Positions 35,923 to 49,679 of a stretch of DNA of 64,000 nt are shown one piece after another. This DNA comes from Podarcis gaigeae (Eukaryota), in NCBI GenBank assembly GCA_964106915.2, contig OZ066924.1; one strand, 5' to 3'. Under the pieces are notes generated by a model. That model saw only the letters and a list, made by a program, of their open reading frames with translations. It was not told the DNA's origin and searched no databases. The stretch's first letter is position 1, and each line of letters starts with the position of its first letter. The translations under genes were made by a program, and so were the position numbers.

Positions 35923-37990
35923 ATATATATATATATATATATATATTCTGTTTTAACTCCTTTTAGTGTTTTGTTTTGTTTTTTAGATTTTATATGATTT
36001 TAAATGATTGTACCCCTTTCCTTATGCTGGTCTATGACTGTAATAAAATGTCATTGTTGTTGTTGTTGAAGTTGTTGAATTTGGGAGAAGTACCAACGAA
36101 ATCAGTGAGATACGAATCAGATAAGTACAAAGTGTTGGCACAGTTAACTTTTCAAATGCAGTGACATGTTCCTAAACTTATTTTCATGATTTTAAAAGGC
36201 TTCCAACACAAAATGGAAGCAATGACTTCAGCTTAAAGTTTAAACTGGAAACTATGATATGAGCATTTTAGACAGTGTAACTAGAGGAACGGTTTCAGCC
36301 CCATGGTTCCCATTCAACTCAGTAGTCACATATAGGAAATATAATTAACTGTCTTTCCTCTAGGATGAAAACATTCGTTTGCAAGACCGTAATTTTGTGG
36401 TGATTTAAAAAGCAGTCGCTCTCCAAACTGCTCTTTGCAAGCTACTGCAGAAAGTATTTTGGTTATCGATGCTACAAAAACCAAGTTGGACAAAAGGAAA
36501 AAGCTGGGTCATAACATCATTCAGTGGGGCAATCACAAAAACCAAAATTGCAATGTTTGAACATTCCATTTCCTTAGCAATTCTTCAGTTGTGTATGTCA
36601 GCATTCGCTTGGGATAGTATCCTCTATTTTTTCCTTGAAATGTGTTCCACATCACCTTCCCCAAAGTCAAAATCAAATTTCAATTATAAGCAATATCAGG
36701 ATTAAAGCAAGAATAAGCTTTCCTAGTTTTGATATGTGGGCATGGACTTAGGTAGTAACTATCACCATAAGCAGTTTTCTCTTTAATTTTCAAATACAGT
36801 TGTTCCTTGGATCCTGAACGCCTTGGTACTCAGACATTTTGGCCCCCGAATGCTGCAAACCTGGAAGTGAGTGTTCTGGTTTGCGAATGTTCTTTGGGAC
36901 CCGAATGTCCAACAGGACTTCCACGGCTTCCAATTGGCTGCAGGTAAAGCCAATCTATACTCATCATGACCTAGAACTTGAACAGTCCACTAAAACCCTT
37001 TCTGGCAGAAAATGGTATTACAGTTGGAAGTCCTAAAATTTAAATGTTATGGTATTTCACTGGCATAGGTATAACTGTAATTTAGCTAGCCACTGCTTTT
37101 ACAAGTACATTCAATGAAATATTCATGCCACTTTGTAAAAGTAAAGTAGAAAAAATCCTTCGCTTGGAAAGCGAGCTGTAAATTCACAGGAAGTACATAG
37201 TTCTGTCTCCTTTTTTGCTTTATAAATTCTTCAGGAAAACTCTAAACTCCATTTGTTAGCAAATTTAGAATTGAAGTTCAAGAAGTACACACACACACAA
37301 AATAAATGAAGCCATTTTCTTGCAATCATATTTACCAACATGGCACAGGCATTGAAAAACAACTGCAATAACTTTTAAAATGTTTGATATTCAAGCAGAG
37401 AGAAGAGAAAAGCAGCAAAAGCAGTCGGAACACAGAGCAGATTTTTAAAATTCCATTTTGGTCACAAGGCAAGCCATTAAGCTGTTTTGGATTGTATTGG
37501 CTGTCATTACCTAATAATTAAGAAAAACAAACATTATTTATGACCCTGCTCCCTGAACTGACTTCAGAAGAGACAATGCGGAGCATAAAAATTTCATCTT
37601 GAAGGCATTTGTTCTTCTCTTGTGTGGTATTAATACTCTTCCTGGCACAAAGCAAAAGTTCAAGCTGCCATAGCCATTCTAATCTGCTTATAATTTGCCA
37701 TCCTGCTGCAGCAGCTCACATATAGAAAAAAGGCAACTTGTGGCAACTTCACACACAGAAGGAAGCGCCCTTCATGCCAGGAACGTAGGCACCTCGCTGG
37801 GAGGAGAGAAGCACACAAATACACCCCCCAAGCTTGCAACTCATTCCAGAAACATTTTTTAAAAATGCAACTCTCTTCCATATCTTTCTTTGTCTTGCAT
37901 GTATCACATTATAGGCACAAAAAGTGAACTTGCATACATGTACAACTGCAGCCATTCTAAAGCAGGCAAGGGAGTTGCAAGGAAACTATA

Positions 37991-38191
37991 CAGCTTGGCT
38001 CCCGAACAAATTTGGCTCCCCAACGCGCAAACCCAGAAGTGAGTGTTCTGGTATGTGAACATTTTTCGAAAGCTGAATGTCCGATATGGCTTTCAATTGA
38101 GTGAAGGAAGCCATGCCTTGGTTTCCGAAACCATTTCGGGAATCAAATGGGCTTCCGGAATGGATTAAGTTCGAGAACCAAGGTACCACTG
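37991..38191. mobile_element. Tc1/mariner MITE (partial left end; a related fragment lies at about 36797-36943)
   Basis: GGAAGTGAGTGTTC internal motif and GAGAACCAAGGTACCACTG|TA end. Confidence 0.72.
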
Positions 38192-38277
38192 TATTGTGAA
38201 TGCAAGGCAGTACTTTATTTCCTGAATATGTACAATGCCTCCTTTTTAAGATTAACAGGTTGCTAGTGGGGGAAGGC

Positions 38278-38637
38278 GGGACGCAGGTGGCGCTGTGGGT
38301 TAAAGCCTCAGCGCCTAGGACTTGCCGATCGAAAGGTCGGCGGTTCGAATCCCTGCGGCGGGGTGCGCTCCCGCTGCTCGGTCCCAGCGCCTGCCAACCT
38401 AGCAGTTCGAAAGCACCTCCGGGTGCAAGTAGATAAATAGGAACCGCTTACCAGCGGGAAGGTAAACGGCGTTTCCGTGTGCAGCTCTGGCTCGCCAGAG
38501 CAGCGATGTCACGCTGGCCACGTGACCCGGAAGTGTCTCCGGACAGCGCTGGCCCCTGGCCTCTTGAGTGAGATGGGCGCACAACCCCAGAGTCTGTCAA
38601 GACTGGCCCGTACGGGCAGGGGTACCTTTACCTTTAC
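38278..38637 (+). mobile_element. Sauria SINE, full length, CpG-rich (young)
   Basis: GGGACGCAGGTGGCGCTGTGG head, GGTTCGAATCC, (ACCTTT)n tail; 15-bp TSD CTAGTGGGGGAAGGC. Confidence 0.93.
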
Positions 38638-38914
38638 CTAGTGGGGGAAGGCAGTCCTGGAGGCAGTAAATTGATGAGAGTGGAGACAACGAACAGAACA
38701 AGGAGTGATCACACCTCGATTAAACGCCAAAGGTGGCCTTGCCTCTTTGGGTATTTTTCTTCAGGTACTATCCCCAAACAGTCATCGTTTTATTCTTAAG
38801 AGTTTGTACTTGACATCCTCAAATAGCACTCTGACTGATGTATGTGAGAAGATATATCCAGTTTTGTTAAATGATGTGTGGCGATTATTTCAGAAATTAA
38901 CAATAACGAACTGA

Positions 38915-39182
38915 CTCAGCTCCTGCCAACCTAGCAGTTCGAAAGCACATCAAAAATTGCACGTAGATAAATAGGCGGAAAGGTAAACAGCGTTTCCATG
39001 CGCTGCTCTGGTTTCAGTGTTCCGTTGCGCCAGAAGCGGCTTAGTCATGCTGGCCATGTGACCTGGAAATACTGTCTGCGGAGCGGACAAACGTCAGCTC
39101 CCTTGGCCTGAAAGCGAGATGAGTGCCGCAACCCAGAGTCGTTCGTGACTAAACTTAACTGTCAGGGTCCTTTACCTTTACC
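38915..39182 (+). mobile_element. Sauria SINE, 5'-truncated
   Basis: Core CCTGCCAACCTAGCAGTTCGAAAGCA through the ACCTTT tail. Confidence 0.85.
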
Positions 39183-39434
39183 CTGCTGTTCAGAGCTGGC
39201 CATAACAGCTCAGTCCCATTTCCTTCCTGTTGAAGGATTTCCCCACTTCCTCTGTGGCTAACGTAAAACTATTATGCAAGGTGTAGCTAATGAACAGGGC
39301 AACTTGATCAATGCGCTGTCATTTGCCACCACACTTTGAAGAAATACACTCAAACAATTCCAAAGAACTATTGCTGATACGCAAACAAATATACAAATTT
39401 ATCTAGAAAACTGTTTATATCTATAAGGTCCATA

Positions 39435-39924
39435 CAGTGGTACCTTGGTTCTCAAACTTAATCCGTTCTGGAAGTCCATTCCAAAACCAAGGAGAGCTTT
39501 CCCATACAAAGTAATGCAAAATGGATTAATCCGTTCCAGACTTTTAGAAACAATCCCTAAAACAGCAATTTAACATGAATTTTACTATCTAATGAGGCCA
39601 CTGATGCATAAAATGAAAGCAATGAACAATGTACTGCAGCCACACAATCAATCAGTAGCTGATTCCACACAGTCACAAAAAAGCAGCAAAAACAAAAACG
39701 CAAAATAAATCACAAAACCAGATAGACCTCAGCATAACACTCAAAATGGAAGTGTGGCACTCAAAACCGACAGATGTGTCACTCAAAACGGAAGAATAAT
39801 CAAAACAGAGCACGTTCAGCTTCCAGAAAAAAGTTCATAAACTGGAACACTTACTTCCGGGTTTGCAGTGTTTGGGTTCCAAGTTGTTTGAGTATCAAGG
39901 TGTTTGAGAACCAAGGTACCACTG
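39435..39924. mobile_element. Tc1/mariner non-autonomous element (about 490 bp)
   Basis: TA|CAGTGGTACCTTGGTTCTCAAAC...GTTTGAGAACCAAGGTACCACTG|TA, perfect 23-bp TIR. Confidence 0.9.
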
Positions 39925-41266
39925 TATTTGCAGACAAATTCATACCTAACTTTGAACCATAGGAGGCAGATTATTCTTGAAATTTCTTTAGCTTTAATGG
40001 TCAGCTGTGTTGATACTGATGTGCGCTTTAACTGCTGTTAAGGCAGGAAGAGTGAATTTGTTCCTTGCCAGGACCATGGAATCTTATGGCAAGTTCCCAA
40101 TTTCTTAATTAGGGTTTGCAGATCATAGGCAACATTCAACTAATACACAATATCAGCAGATCCATGGAAATCAATGAACTTAAGTAACATAAGTCCACTG
40201 ATTTCAATGGGTCTACTGTGAGTAGGGATTAGCTGGGCATCACCTCAGCTCTGTTACACTGGCCCAGAATGCTCATTTCAGAACAGTGACATGGGTTTAC
40301 ATAAAAACTTGTAACATGTCATGTGATGTGAAATAGGATAAATTGAATCAATGAAGGCCAAATAATAGTATTACTGTAATCCACCCTCTTTTTCTACAAA
40401 TACATCTTTATGTCCAGTTTGGACATCCATAAAATAAATCACGTACAGAGGAAGAACTAGCAAGGTTCATAGCGTTCTTTGTCTCTTTCCTGTATTTTAA
40501 AATAAATGTTTTATACAGTTCTGGCAAAATGAAGCCTGAAGAATCTAAAAACAGTTTTCTGTTCCAATAGCTTCAAGAACTCCTGCAAACAATTAACCCA
40601 GTTTTTTCATCCACGTAGCTAGAATTTTTAACCAATGTTGTTTGCCTGCAAAGAGGATATTTCTAGCTTTTGAGTTTGGAATGTTTGGGATTTCTGAATC
40701 ATCTGATTACTACATATGCCTATTAGTCCTCTTTTAATAAATATAAAGTGCAAATATCAAGGGGGAAAGCCCCTTGGACCAGACCACACTGATGTCATAA
40801 GAACAAACCTGCCATAGAGAAAAACTTTAATCTTTTTAACAGTTAGTGACAGGACTTCTCAAGTTCCATCAAATACATACCATCCTCTGGCTGGTATTCA
40901 TTTTTTAAGCGCAAGTGCCTAAATCTTATTGGGTACCATACACAGTGACTACTGAACAATTCTTCATATGTAACTGTTAGCACCTAGCAGAATGTTTTAA
41001 CCCCAAAAAGTATTTTACATTAAAATAAAAAAACAGGTAAACTCACAGCCCAACATGACATGAGATTAAGAGTGCTCGACACACAGCGGTCTGTATTTCA
41101 AATTTTATATAATGCAAGTTACGTTGCAAAATAGAAATGGTTTTTTTCCAAGCTGAAGCTGTTTTTGCCCCTGAATCTATTTCGAAATCTGTTTCGCAAA
41201 GAAACTTCATGTTTACATATGAAAGAGGTACAAACATAATGAACTTCACCTAGAAAAAAGCTTGAC

Positions 41267-41402
41267 CAGGCATAGGCAAACTCGGGCCCTCCAGATGTTT
41301 GGCACTACAATTCCCATCATCCCTAGCTAACAGGACTAGTGGTCAGGGATGATGGGAACTGTAGTCCCAAACATCTGGAGGGCCCGAGTTTGCTTATGCC
41401 TG
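41267..41402. mobile_element. Palindromic hAT MITE
   Basis: CAGGCATAGGCAAACTCGGGCCCTCCAG...TTTGCTTATGCCTG with 8-bp TSD AGCTTGAC. Confidence 0.9.
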
Positions 41403-41987
41403 AGCTTGACAGTAGGAGTTATAGAATCTTTCGGGCAAAGTTCATTGTAAAATGTGAGAGCCTCTGCTTGAATGTTTGCAACCAGGATCGAAACAAGCAA
41501 TCCCTTTAATCCCGTGAACTGCCCCCAAACTCTGAAATGCACTATAGGCACAAGAAGACGACAGCAGAACTGGAGGCTTCACAGGCCACGGCAGAGAGTG
41601 TTTTCCTGCCAGGGATGATACTGGACTCCAAGTCCAAGAATACTAGTAGGAAACAAACTTTACACATAATTTCCACAAACAAAGAAGCCTTTTAGGGCAC
41701 TTTGGGTCTGGTAGTCTCAGTCCCATCAACAGCAGGAGAAGACAACCTGAGGAGCCCAAGGCGCACTCAATGCCTCAGCCACTTTCCCTCCTTTCGCCAA
41801 GGAAAGTTTCCAGACCTTGGAGCAGGGAAAGGAGGTTGACAATCTTGGCAAGGGCTGCTTTGTGTGTGTCCTCTAAGCATTCTGCAAGTGCTCCAAATGC
41901 AAGCTTACAACGGTTCACTTTAGGAGTGCTTCAAAGTTTCAAAGGCTTGACCCATTTCAAGGACAGCAACATGCTGAAATTCCAATT

Positions 41988-42229
41988 CAGTGGTACCTCG
42001 GGTTACATACGCTTCAGGTTACATACGCTTCAGGTTACAGACTCCGCTAACCCAGAAATAGTGCTTCAGGTTAAGAACTTTGCTTCAAGATGAGAACAGA
42101 AATCGTGCCTCGGTGGCGCGGCAGCAGCAGAAGGCCCCATTAGCTAAAGTGGTGCTTCAGGTTAAGAACAGTTTCAGGTTAAGAACGGACCTCTGGAACG
42201 AATTAAGTACTTAACCCGTGGTACCATTG
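41988..42229. mobile_element. Tc1/mariner MITE with internal CTTCAGGTTA repeats
   Basis: CAGTGGTACCTCGGGTTA...TAACCCGTGGTACCATTG|TA. Confidence 0.8.
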
Positions 42230-43744
42230 TATTAATGGTACAGGTAATCAGTATTTCTGGTTTCTGCAGGGAACTGGATATCTGAAACACACCATCAAGT
42301 TTCTGTAATGCAAGTCCGTTTGCTTGTCCAAAAACATAGCTGTGCCCTGCAATTCCACAGATACTAAAAAGCCTTCATTTTTGATGGAATGAAGAAAGGG
42401 CAAGATAGCTAAAAGACAAAGGGCTGGATCCAGAATGGCTATTTCTTCAATGGAAGAGTTCATTCATAGAAGGCATTGGGTTCTGGTTCTGTCCAGAGGA
42501 ATGGAAAAGGATTTCCACTGACTTCCCCTTTTGCCATGCTGTCTCTAGAGCTCCTGCAGGTCTCCAACCCTATGGAGCAGTTTTCAGGAGGTGTAGGGGT
42601 TGTCGGAGAAAAGGACAAATAAACTAAAATCACTTCTTCCTTCCAGTGCCAGTGAAACTTTGCTAAGCAAAATTCTGGATCCAACCCAGTTCTGCTATTA
42701 TTTTGTGTTTTTTTTTGGCTGAGAGAGAGAGAGACTTAAGTCTCAGAGAGACTTAAAATAACATTTCCTTATTTCCCCTCTTTTAAAGTTATCTTCTTCT
42801 TCTTTGGCGATCACAAAGACCAGTGCATTTGCTATGTGCTTTGAAAACTGCTGTATACATTTTAAGGCAATTCTATAGGCACCAAAGTGGAAGCTGTTTA
42901 ATCTACTTTTCATTAATAATGAGTTCTTAAATACTTCCAAGAACCAGCATATTGTGTAAAATTACTATAGCTCACCTGTTTAGAAAAGTAAACTATGCAT
43001 TCATTAGCAGGGCAAAACAGCATTCCTGCAGCTTAATCTTATGGCTAATTTGAAAGACCAGCCTTGCACTTTGAGGTTTAAAATTATAAATATTGTACGA
43101 AGAAAAGAGACTGTAATTAAGCTATTCATTGCTACAAAAAAGACCTGTTATTCAAAAGCCTGCCAGACATTTACTGGCTCAGCATGTCAGTGTAAGAGAA
43201 GTAAAAGAGCCTTGCAAATGCTAATGAATACCCTGGCTTCAGAAGAGAAAAAATACTTTGGTTTCAATCCATTTTGTCAGTTACTGCTTTGCACATTAGA
43301 GCAGTGACTGCATTGCAGAAAAATGTAAGGAGTTGGCAAGTGGGAAGACTAGGAACTATGATGTCAACCACCAAAATGTCCATCGCATTTCTGAGCAGCA
43401 GAGGCACTTAACAGTCATCATTCAGTTCAGGAATTAAAAATTGAGGCACACTGGTCTGTTGGAAACAAATGCTAGTTTAGCTTGGCAACACGTACAAGTC
43501 AAATTAGTCTAGCACCTTGACAGTTACACCAATAAAAAGTAAAATATAAATTTAAAAATAGTCTCCCACCACGTTTGTGGTCTGTTGCTCTCCCATATGT
43601 TCTATTTACAGCCAAAACTAGTCCATGCAAAATCTGAAACAAATTTATTTGAAGTGGATTTTTTTTTTTAAAAAGACCTGTACAGATGTTTGTAATTTAA
43701 GCAGTTTGTAGACTAGATATCCAAAGGCATATGCATAGCGTTAC

Positions 43745-43817
43745 CTTCATGGCATGAATTTCTTCCAGTAACCTCTCTGCACGTTTATGGTTTTTCAATA
43801 CTGCATCTTCCGTGCCC
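43745..43817 (-). CDS. SRFBP1: SRFBP1 exon 3
   Basis: tttcag|GGGCACG...ATGAAG|gtaac; 73 nt; GTEDAVLKNHKRAERLLEEIHAMK; phase matches exon 2. Confidence 0.93.
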
Positions 43818-44056
43818 CTGAAAGAGGAAGGTATTTAAATAATATTGCAATACTGCATATGTTATGTTCCGTTATTATTCACTGTAAAATAATTCATGGT
43901 AATAGCTACCAAGGCCTAGTGCAGTTCTCTCCCCCCCCCTTTCTTTTTTTGCAATCTCTTATCCATGGTTAGGAAATGCAAAGGTTGCACTGGGAGCACA
44001 TCATATGAGAGCAGAATGGCAGCTAATCCAAGGTCTGACTTAGCTTGGCTACAGGA

Positions 44057-44525
44057 CAGTGGTGTAGCATGGGCTGCTGGCACCCGGGGTGTGTGTGTGT
44101 GAGAGAGAGAGAGGGACAGCCATGCCAGCCCAAGCCCTCACTGCCAACTGAGTGGGCAGCAAGTGAGGTGAAGTGAGGGGAGGGGAGGAAGAAAGAGATT
44201 CAAAGCTGCCATTTGAGGACAGACCTGAGGGCTGAGGTGCCCTGTTGGCAAAGGAGGAGACGGCTCTCTCCTTGGTGGTGGTGCCCTCCCCCTCCCTCCC
44301 TCTCGGCCGGCTCAGGGCACACATGGGTGGCCCTTCACCAGCCACGAGGAGGAGGAGGAAGCACTGCTGCCCCAGCCCGCAAGGCCTGGACCAGGTGCAG
44401 CTTGGCTTGCCTTCTCACTGCTCCAAACTTGATGAGGACCCCTGGCTGCGCCCCCTCGTCGTGCCCCTTCAAAAATCTGTGCCCAGGGCCACGACCGCCC
44501 TGGTCCTCCCCACACTATGCCCCTG
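44057..44525. mobile_element. Probable old GC-rich DNA transposon (hAT-like ends)
   Basis: CAGTGGTGTAG...CTATGCCCCTG imperfect TIRs; this explains the GC-rich spurious ORFs here. Confidence 0.45.
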
Positions 44526-44808
44526 GTTAAGGAGGAGATTCCTTAACCATGATTCCAGGCTTGGAAAGTGCATTGGCTTAGCTACCAAAGTGACCTGGAA
44601 ACTCCAAAACACGTTACAGAAAATGAAAGAATGTGACGACTTGGGACTACTGGGGAGGCTGCAGGAAGAAATACGTCATCATGGCAAGAGGGATATTTTT
44701 TGGCCAGAGAGGGGCAGGGCACTTTCCTGCTAGAAAGAGCCCTCAGCTCCTACTACCAGTTGCCCTGCGACTGCAGAAAACCATAAAAAGAATAATTGTT
44801 AAGCTTAC

Positions 44809-44897
44809 TTTTTTGCCTTCAGTTTTGCAATATGTCTAGTTAGTTTGCGAATTGTCAGCACTCTGACCTTCCTCACTTCTTTTCTCATCTTCACAAC
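44809..44897 (-). CDS. SRFBP1: Serum response factor-binding protein 1 exon 2 (BUD22-related)
   Basis: Minus strand aaacag|GTTGTGAAGATG...GCAAAAAA|gtaag; 89 nt; VVKMRKEVRKVRVLTIRKLTRHIAKLKAK(K). Confidence 0.93.
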
Positions 44898-45766
44898 CTG
44901 TTTTTTGAGGGGGAAAGAAAATGCGTTGTAAAAAACAACAACCACCAATAGCATATTTTGCATGAACACTCAAAGTTTACAAACAGCTTTGAGCATAGTT
45001 AGCTCCCTTGCTTAACAAAAGACTGAATTCAGTTTTTCTGTTAAAAGTCAAAACTGCTTCCAAAAACAGCCAGCCAGTTGAGGAACAAACCAAGTCTCAA
45101 AACATGTCTGAGTTCTGAAAAGAAACAAGCCATGAAATAGCCAGGACATTCCTATGCAGTCATGTTTAATTTTCTTAGACCTAGGCTTGGCTATAGGTAA
45201 AGACAGCTTATTTGTGTTACATGTTCATTTATGTACTCACACTACCACAAAACACCTGTACTTTCTTCTAAGTCTTCTACAGAACAAGACTTCCTTCAGT
45301 TAACCACATGAATGTTTTAATTTAAGATGATGTTAATGCAAACCTGACTCATTCTTCGGTAAAACACTCTTTCAAATTCCATTTCACAGAGAAATAGACT
45401 GTTTTCTGGTGCAGTGAATGGACTAAATGGGCACTGACAGTCAAGAAGGCCCAAATTTTATCTTAGATCAAACATTTCTAGGCAACCCTATAAATTCCTA
45501 CAGCACTTCCATGATGTCCTACAACATGAGGTCAGCATGCAATACATAGGTAAAAAAAACCAAAATTAAGCACAAAGACAGGGTTAATGCCTTAAAAAAA
45601 GCAACCCATATAAATAAGACAGAAATCACCACACCCCAAAGTTAAAAATAGAATGCTAGCCTACCCAAGTTATTTAAAGTATGTTTAATAATAAAAAATA
45701 GCAACACTAGCCTCTCTTACAATGCTGCCATAGTTGAGGTCATTGCTTTGAGAACCTGAAATGTGG

Positions 45767-46006
45767 TAGTTGTACCTTGGATCTTGAATGGCTTAGTTGC
45801 TTAACATTTCGGCTCCCGAACAATCGAAAGCCGGAAGTGAGTGTTCCGGTTTTTGAACTTTTTTGGAAGCCGAACGTCCGGCGCAGTTTCCGATTGGCTG
45901 CAGGAAGCTCCTGCAGCCAATCAGAAACTGAGCCTTGGTTACTGAATGTTTTGGAAGTGAAATGGACTTCCGGAACGGATTCTGTTTGGCTTTCAAGGTA
46001 CGACTG
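45767..46006. mobile_element. Tc1/mariner MITE
   Basis: AGTTGTACCTTGG...CAAGGTACGACTG|TA; same internal motifs as the 32053 copy. Confidence 0.78.
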
Positions 46007-46789
46007 TATATGAACACTAAATTCTAACCAGAGAACACCACCAGATCTAGACTTTGTTCTCACTGATGGATGAACGGAGGTGATATGCCAATTTCTCCTA
46101 TAGCACCTCACACCCTCGAGGTAGGGAGGATTGGTAAATACTGCCTCTCCCTCCCCTTCCATTAATAGGAGCCCTCTGCTGGATCAAAAGTACACAGATG
46201 GAAGCTCTTCCATTCACAAAAACGTAAGTTTGGATCCAACTCAGTGAAAAGCTGCTATGTGGCAATGTGCGAATGCGTGTGTGTATCTAATTTAATTCCA
46301 CCATGATCAAAGCCGATTTGGATATAACGGTGTTTTTTGAAGCCTACCTCACAGACTCAATGCTAGAAAGGAACTTGGAATGCATTTTAAAGTAGCTCTT
46401 TCAGCTTACTCCGTATTTCTATTTACTTGCCTGGAGAGCTGCTGGTGCCAATTTTGCAGGGAGAAGCAGAACAAGGAGCTCATTTCTATCTTTCTCCAGG
46501 AAGATAGGGAAGGCCTCTGTGGGAAGCAAGTGGCTTTCAGAAAACTGGTACATCAGTTAACTGACAGTCAAATAATATCAAAGACTTCCCATTTTATTAT
46601 ATGACCACAATGAAATATCCAATGAAGTAAAAAATGCCACTTTGAAAGTGGCACCTGTTTGTAATAGAGTTATAGGGTCATTTGTTAACAAGGACAGAAG
46701 TGAGGGATTTACACTACAATGGTCTGAGGGGTGGGGAGCTAGTAGTAGAACAAAGTTTCCTGCACTACAGTATCAGCTACAAATGCAAG

Positions 46790-47500
46790 CAAGAGGTCCG
46801 GACGGTGGCAACACGAGAACCGGGCCTTCTCTGCAGTGGCTCCCGTCTGTGGAATGCTCTCCCCAAGGAAGTTTCCCTGGCCCTTTCATTATACACCTTT
46901 AGGTGCCAGGCAAAAATATTCCTTTTTAACCAGGCCTTGGTTTACCTTGAGTGACATCTTATGCCCTTTTAAAAGTGGTTTTGTGTGTGTTGGGGGGGGG
47001 GCGTTTACTGGGTTGTTGTTTTTATTTTTATTATATATTTTGTGGTTTTATATTCTGATTTTTTTCTGTGAACCGCCCTGAGACCTTTGGGTATAGGAGG
47101 CCCAGTTGGTAGTGCTACCTGTAGCTGTTGCCCAATTGGCATTGACCAGGAACTGGGTTAGGAGCTGCTTCCATTTCTAGAATGCCCTCCCTGGTGAGCT
47201 GCTTCTGCCTCCCTCATTGCTGACTTTCAGGAGAAAATAAAAAACATCTATTTCTAGCCAGGTATTGGATGGGATACTACTGACCATGGCAACCTTGAAA
47301 TTAGCAACTATGAAGATATGTGATTGCTCTAAAATGTTTTTAGATGCTCTACATTTTTTAAAATAGCTTTTATTTTAAATTGTATTGCTTTCAAATGTTT
47401 TTAGATGCTCTAAATGTTTTTATTTTGAATTGCATTGCCTTAAATTGTAAATTGTATTGCTTGCTGTCCTTGGAAGAGCAGGCTAGAAATTTAATAAAAA
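46790..47500 (+). mobile_element. Two adjacent L2-like LINE 3' fragments
   Basis: GCCTTCTCTGCAGTGGCTCCC-TGTGGAATGCTCTCCC (AFS-VAP-LWNALP) followed by an L2-type tail; a second degenerate copy follows. Confidence 0.65.
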
Positions 47501-49412
47501 ACAAATAAGTAAAATGTCACTATTTCCTCCCCTAAGACCCGAGAAAATATTTATTAATATTACTTGATATGGGAGGGGTACTTTATTATTCAAATTCCGA
47601 CTCTGTAGACACTTCCTATTTGTTTAGTAGTGCGAAGTATAAGTGTAACAGCCAATTCCAAACCATCAGTCTGACCTCTTATTTAAGGTTGGGGGGAAAA
47701 GGAGTCAAGAGAATTTGCAAGGCTTGTTTTCCTTTTCCTTGTGACAGTCTCCAAAAAGACAGCCTCCCTCTGGGAAAATGCACCCCATGTGGAACAAATA
47801 TTGATGTAAAATGATACTAAAACTAAAACCCTTTAAAAACAGTTTATTGCAAGGTAGAAGTGTTTGCATATTTGAAACCAATTGGGTCAGGAATTAGAAA
47901 TTTGGCCAGAGTGACCGTGTCATGCTACGGTTCCATCTTACTACCGTGCAAACAGGAAGCACTGGCTTGCAAAAACACTTCTGCAGAGTCAAAATTTAAA
48001 TAAACGATGCCTGTAATAGCAAGTGATTGTCCATAAATATTATCCCTGATAGTGTTTATAAGGAAAAAGGCTCAACGCACACAGCTTAAAATAAACTGTG
48101 ATGTAAAAAATAAAAATATTTTAATCGGAACTGACTAGGCCACTCTTTTAAGTACGGATATGAAAATGGAGTTTATAAACAACAAGTACTCAAACTGAAC
48201 TTGGGGTTCCCATCAGTTGTTTTTGGCCACCCTAGATAAATGTTTCTCTGCCAAAACTTCAGGGCCAAACAAGGCCCATCTTCTTTCCTGCACCTGCCCA
48301 TCCAACCTGTTCCAACCAGATTTCCAACGTTATCCTAAGGAATCAGGTGCTCAGACTTGTACATCTGACTTGTCACTACAACACTGCTCCCCAACAAGGG
48401 ACTGTGCCTTGGATTTTGACACGTCTGCAGCTGTTAATACATTCTCTCTAGCCGGAATAGCTGCACAAGTTCAATTCTTGCCTGTCACAGATCTGGCTAA
48501 CTGACGGCAAACCCACCTACTTCCATGGATACGTTAGCTGATATAGATGAAAAGTTCACAAGCTATAATAAAAACAACAACAACCAGGCACAGGCAAGGC
48601 CCACAATTTAGAGAATCACAGCAGATCATTACGTACTCAAACATATATTTTTAACTTCCTATCCAATATTTAATTTATTCTTTCCAGGACTACGTGTGGA
48701 GACATAGTATATTTTTAGGAACCCATTTAACCAAAGGTCAACTAACTGCTGGCCATGAATGCAAGAAAGAGGACACACCCTGTGGCGTAAGAACATATGG
48801 ACATGTTATCTTATACTGATTTGGCACATTAATCCAAATCAGTATAATGTGGAAAAATCAGCTGGTGTCCAATATCTCCAGCAAGCTTATTTCAACCAAT
48901 ATGCTTCCAATTTCTCCTTTTTCCTTTTTACTCATCTTCTAAACACGTGTTTGGATCAGCAATGAGAGAGAGTAAAGGTAATAAAGTGGTGCCCAATCCA
49001 GACAAGATGGAGGCAGAGTTCTCTGGAAGTGCAGTTTACTAAATTACTGGGATTTCCCACAGCCTGACAGAGCTATTAGATCTGACCTTGCATTTAGATG
49101 CCGAAGACTGGTTCAAAGAGGATTTCACTGGCTTCGGTGGGGTGTTAGCTGAAGCCACTTCTGGGTTAGCAGCATGAATGCAGTGAAAATTGTATGAATA
49201 CAATTGTATGATTCTGTAACTGCAAGACCTATTTGTGCTCACCAAACTGGAGGAAATAGCAGAAGGGAAAGGAGCCAAAGACTTTTCCTTTTCCATGCAA
49301 GAGGGCTTACCTACTGTTAACTGCGCATGTATGTGTCTCCTGAATCATTATGAGCTCAGGCACGTCAGCGATGCTGTAGCAGCTGAACAGCTGGCCTTTT
49401 TGTGCAATACAT

Positions 49413-49548
49413 CAGTGTTTCCCAACCTTGTGCCTCCAGATGTTTTTGGCCTACAACTCCCATCATCCCTAGCTAGCAAGACCAGTGGTCAGGGATGATG
49501 GGAGTTGTAGGCCAAAAACATCTGGAGGCACAAGGTTGGGAAACACTG
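49413..49548. mobile_element. Palindromic hAT MITE
   Basis: CAGTGTTTCCCAACC...GGTTGGGAAACACTG with 8-bp TSD CAATACAT. Confidence 0.92.
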
Positions 49549-49679
49549 CAATACATAACCTTACATGCAATGACTTGGGTGTCTGGTGGCCTGACAGAAA
49601 ATGTGAAGGGACTAGAATGTGTCTGGCAAACCAACCAGCTTCTGCAGATCCTACCATTGCCCTCAGAGTCCTGGAAATA

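Noticed and set aside
41998-42190. CRISPR-like repeats (CTTCAGGTTA units)
   Set aside because: Short, irregular internal repeats of a MITE in a vertebrate genome; no repeat-spacer structure or cas genes.
44049-44733. GC-rich ORF cluster as an extra exon or gene
   Set aside because: No recognisable protein, it is bounded by TIR-like ends, and SRFBP1 exons 2 and 3 join in frame without it.
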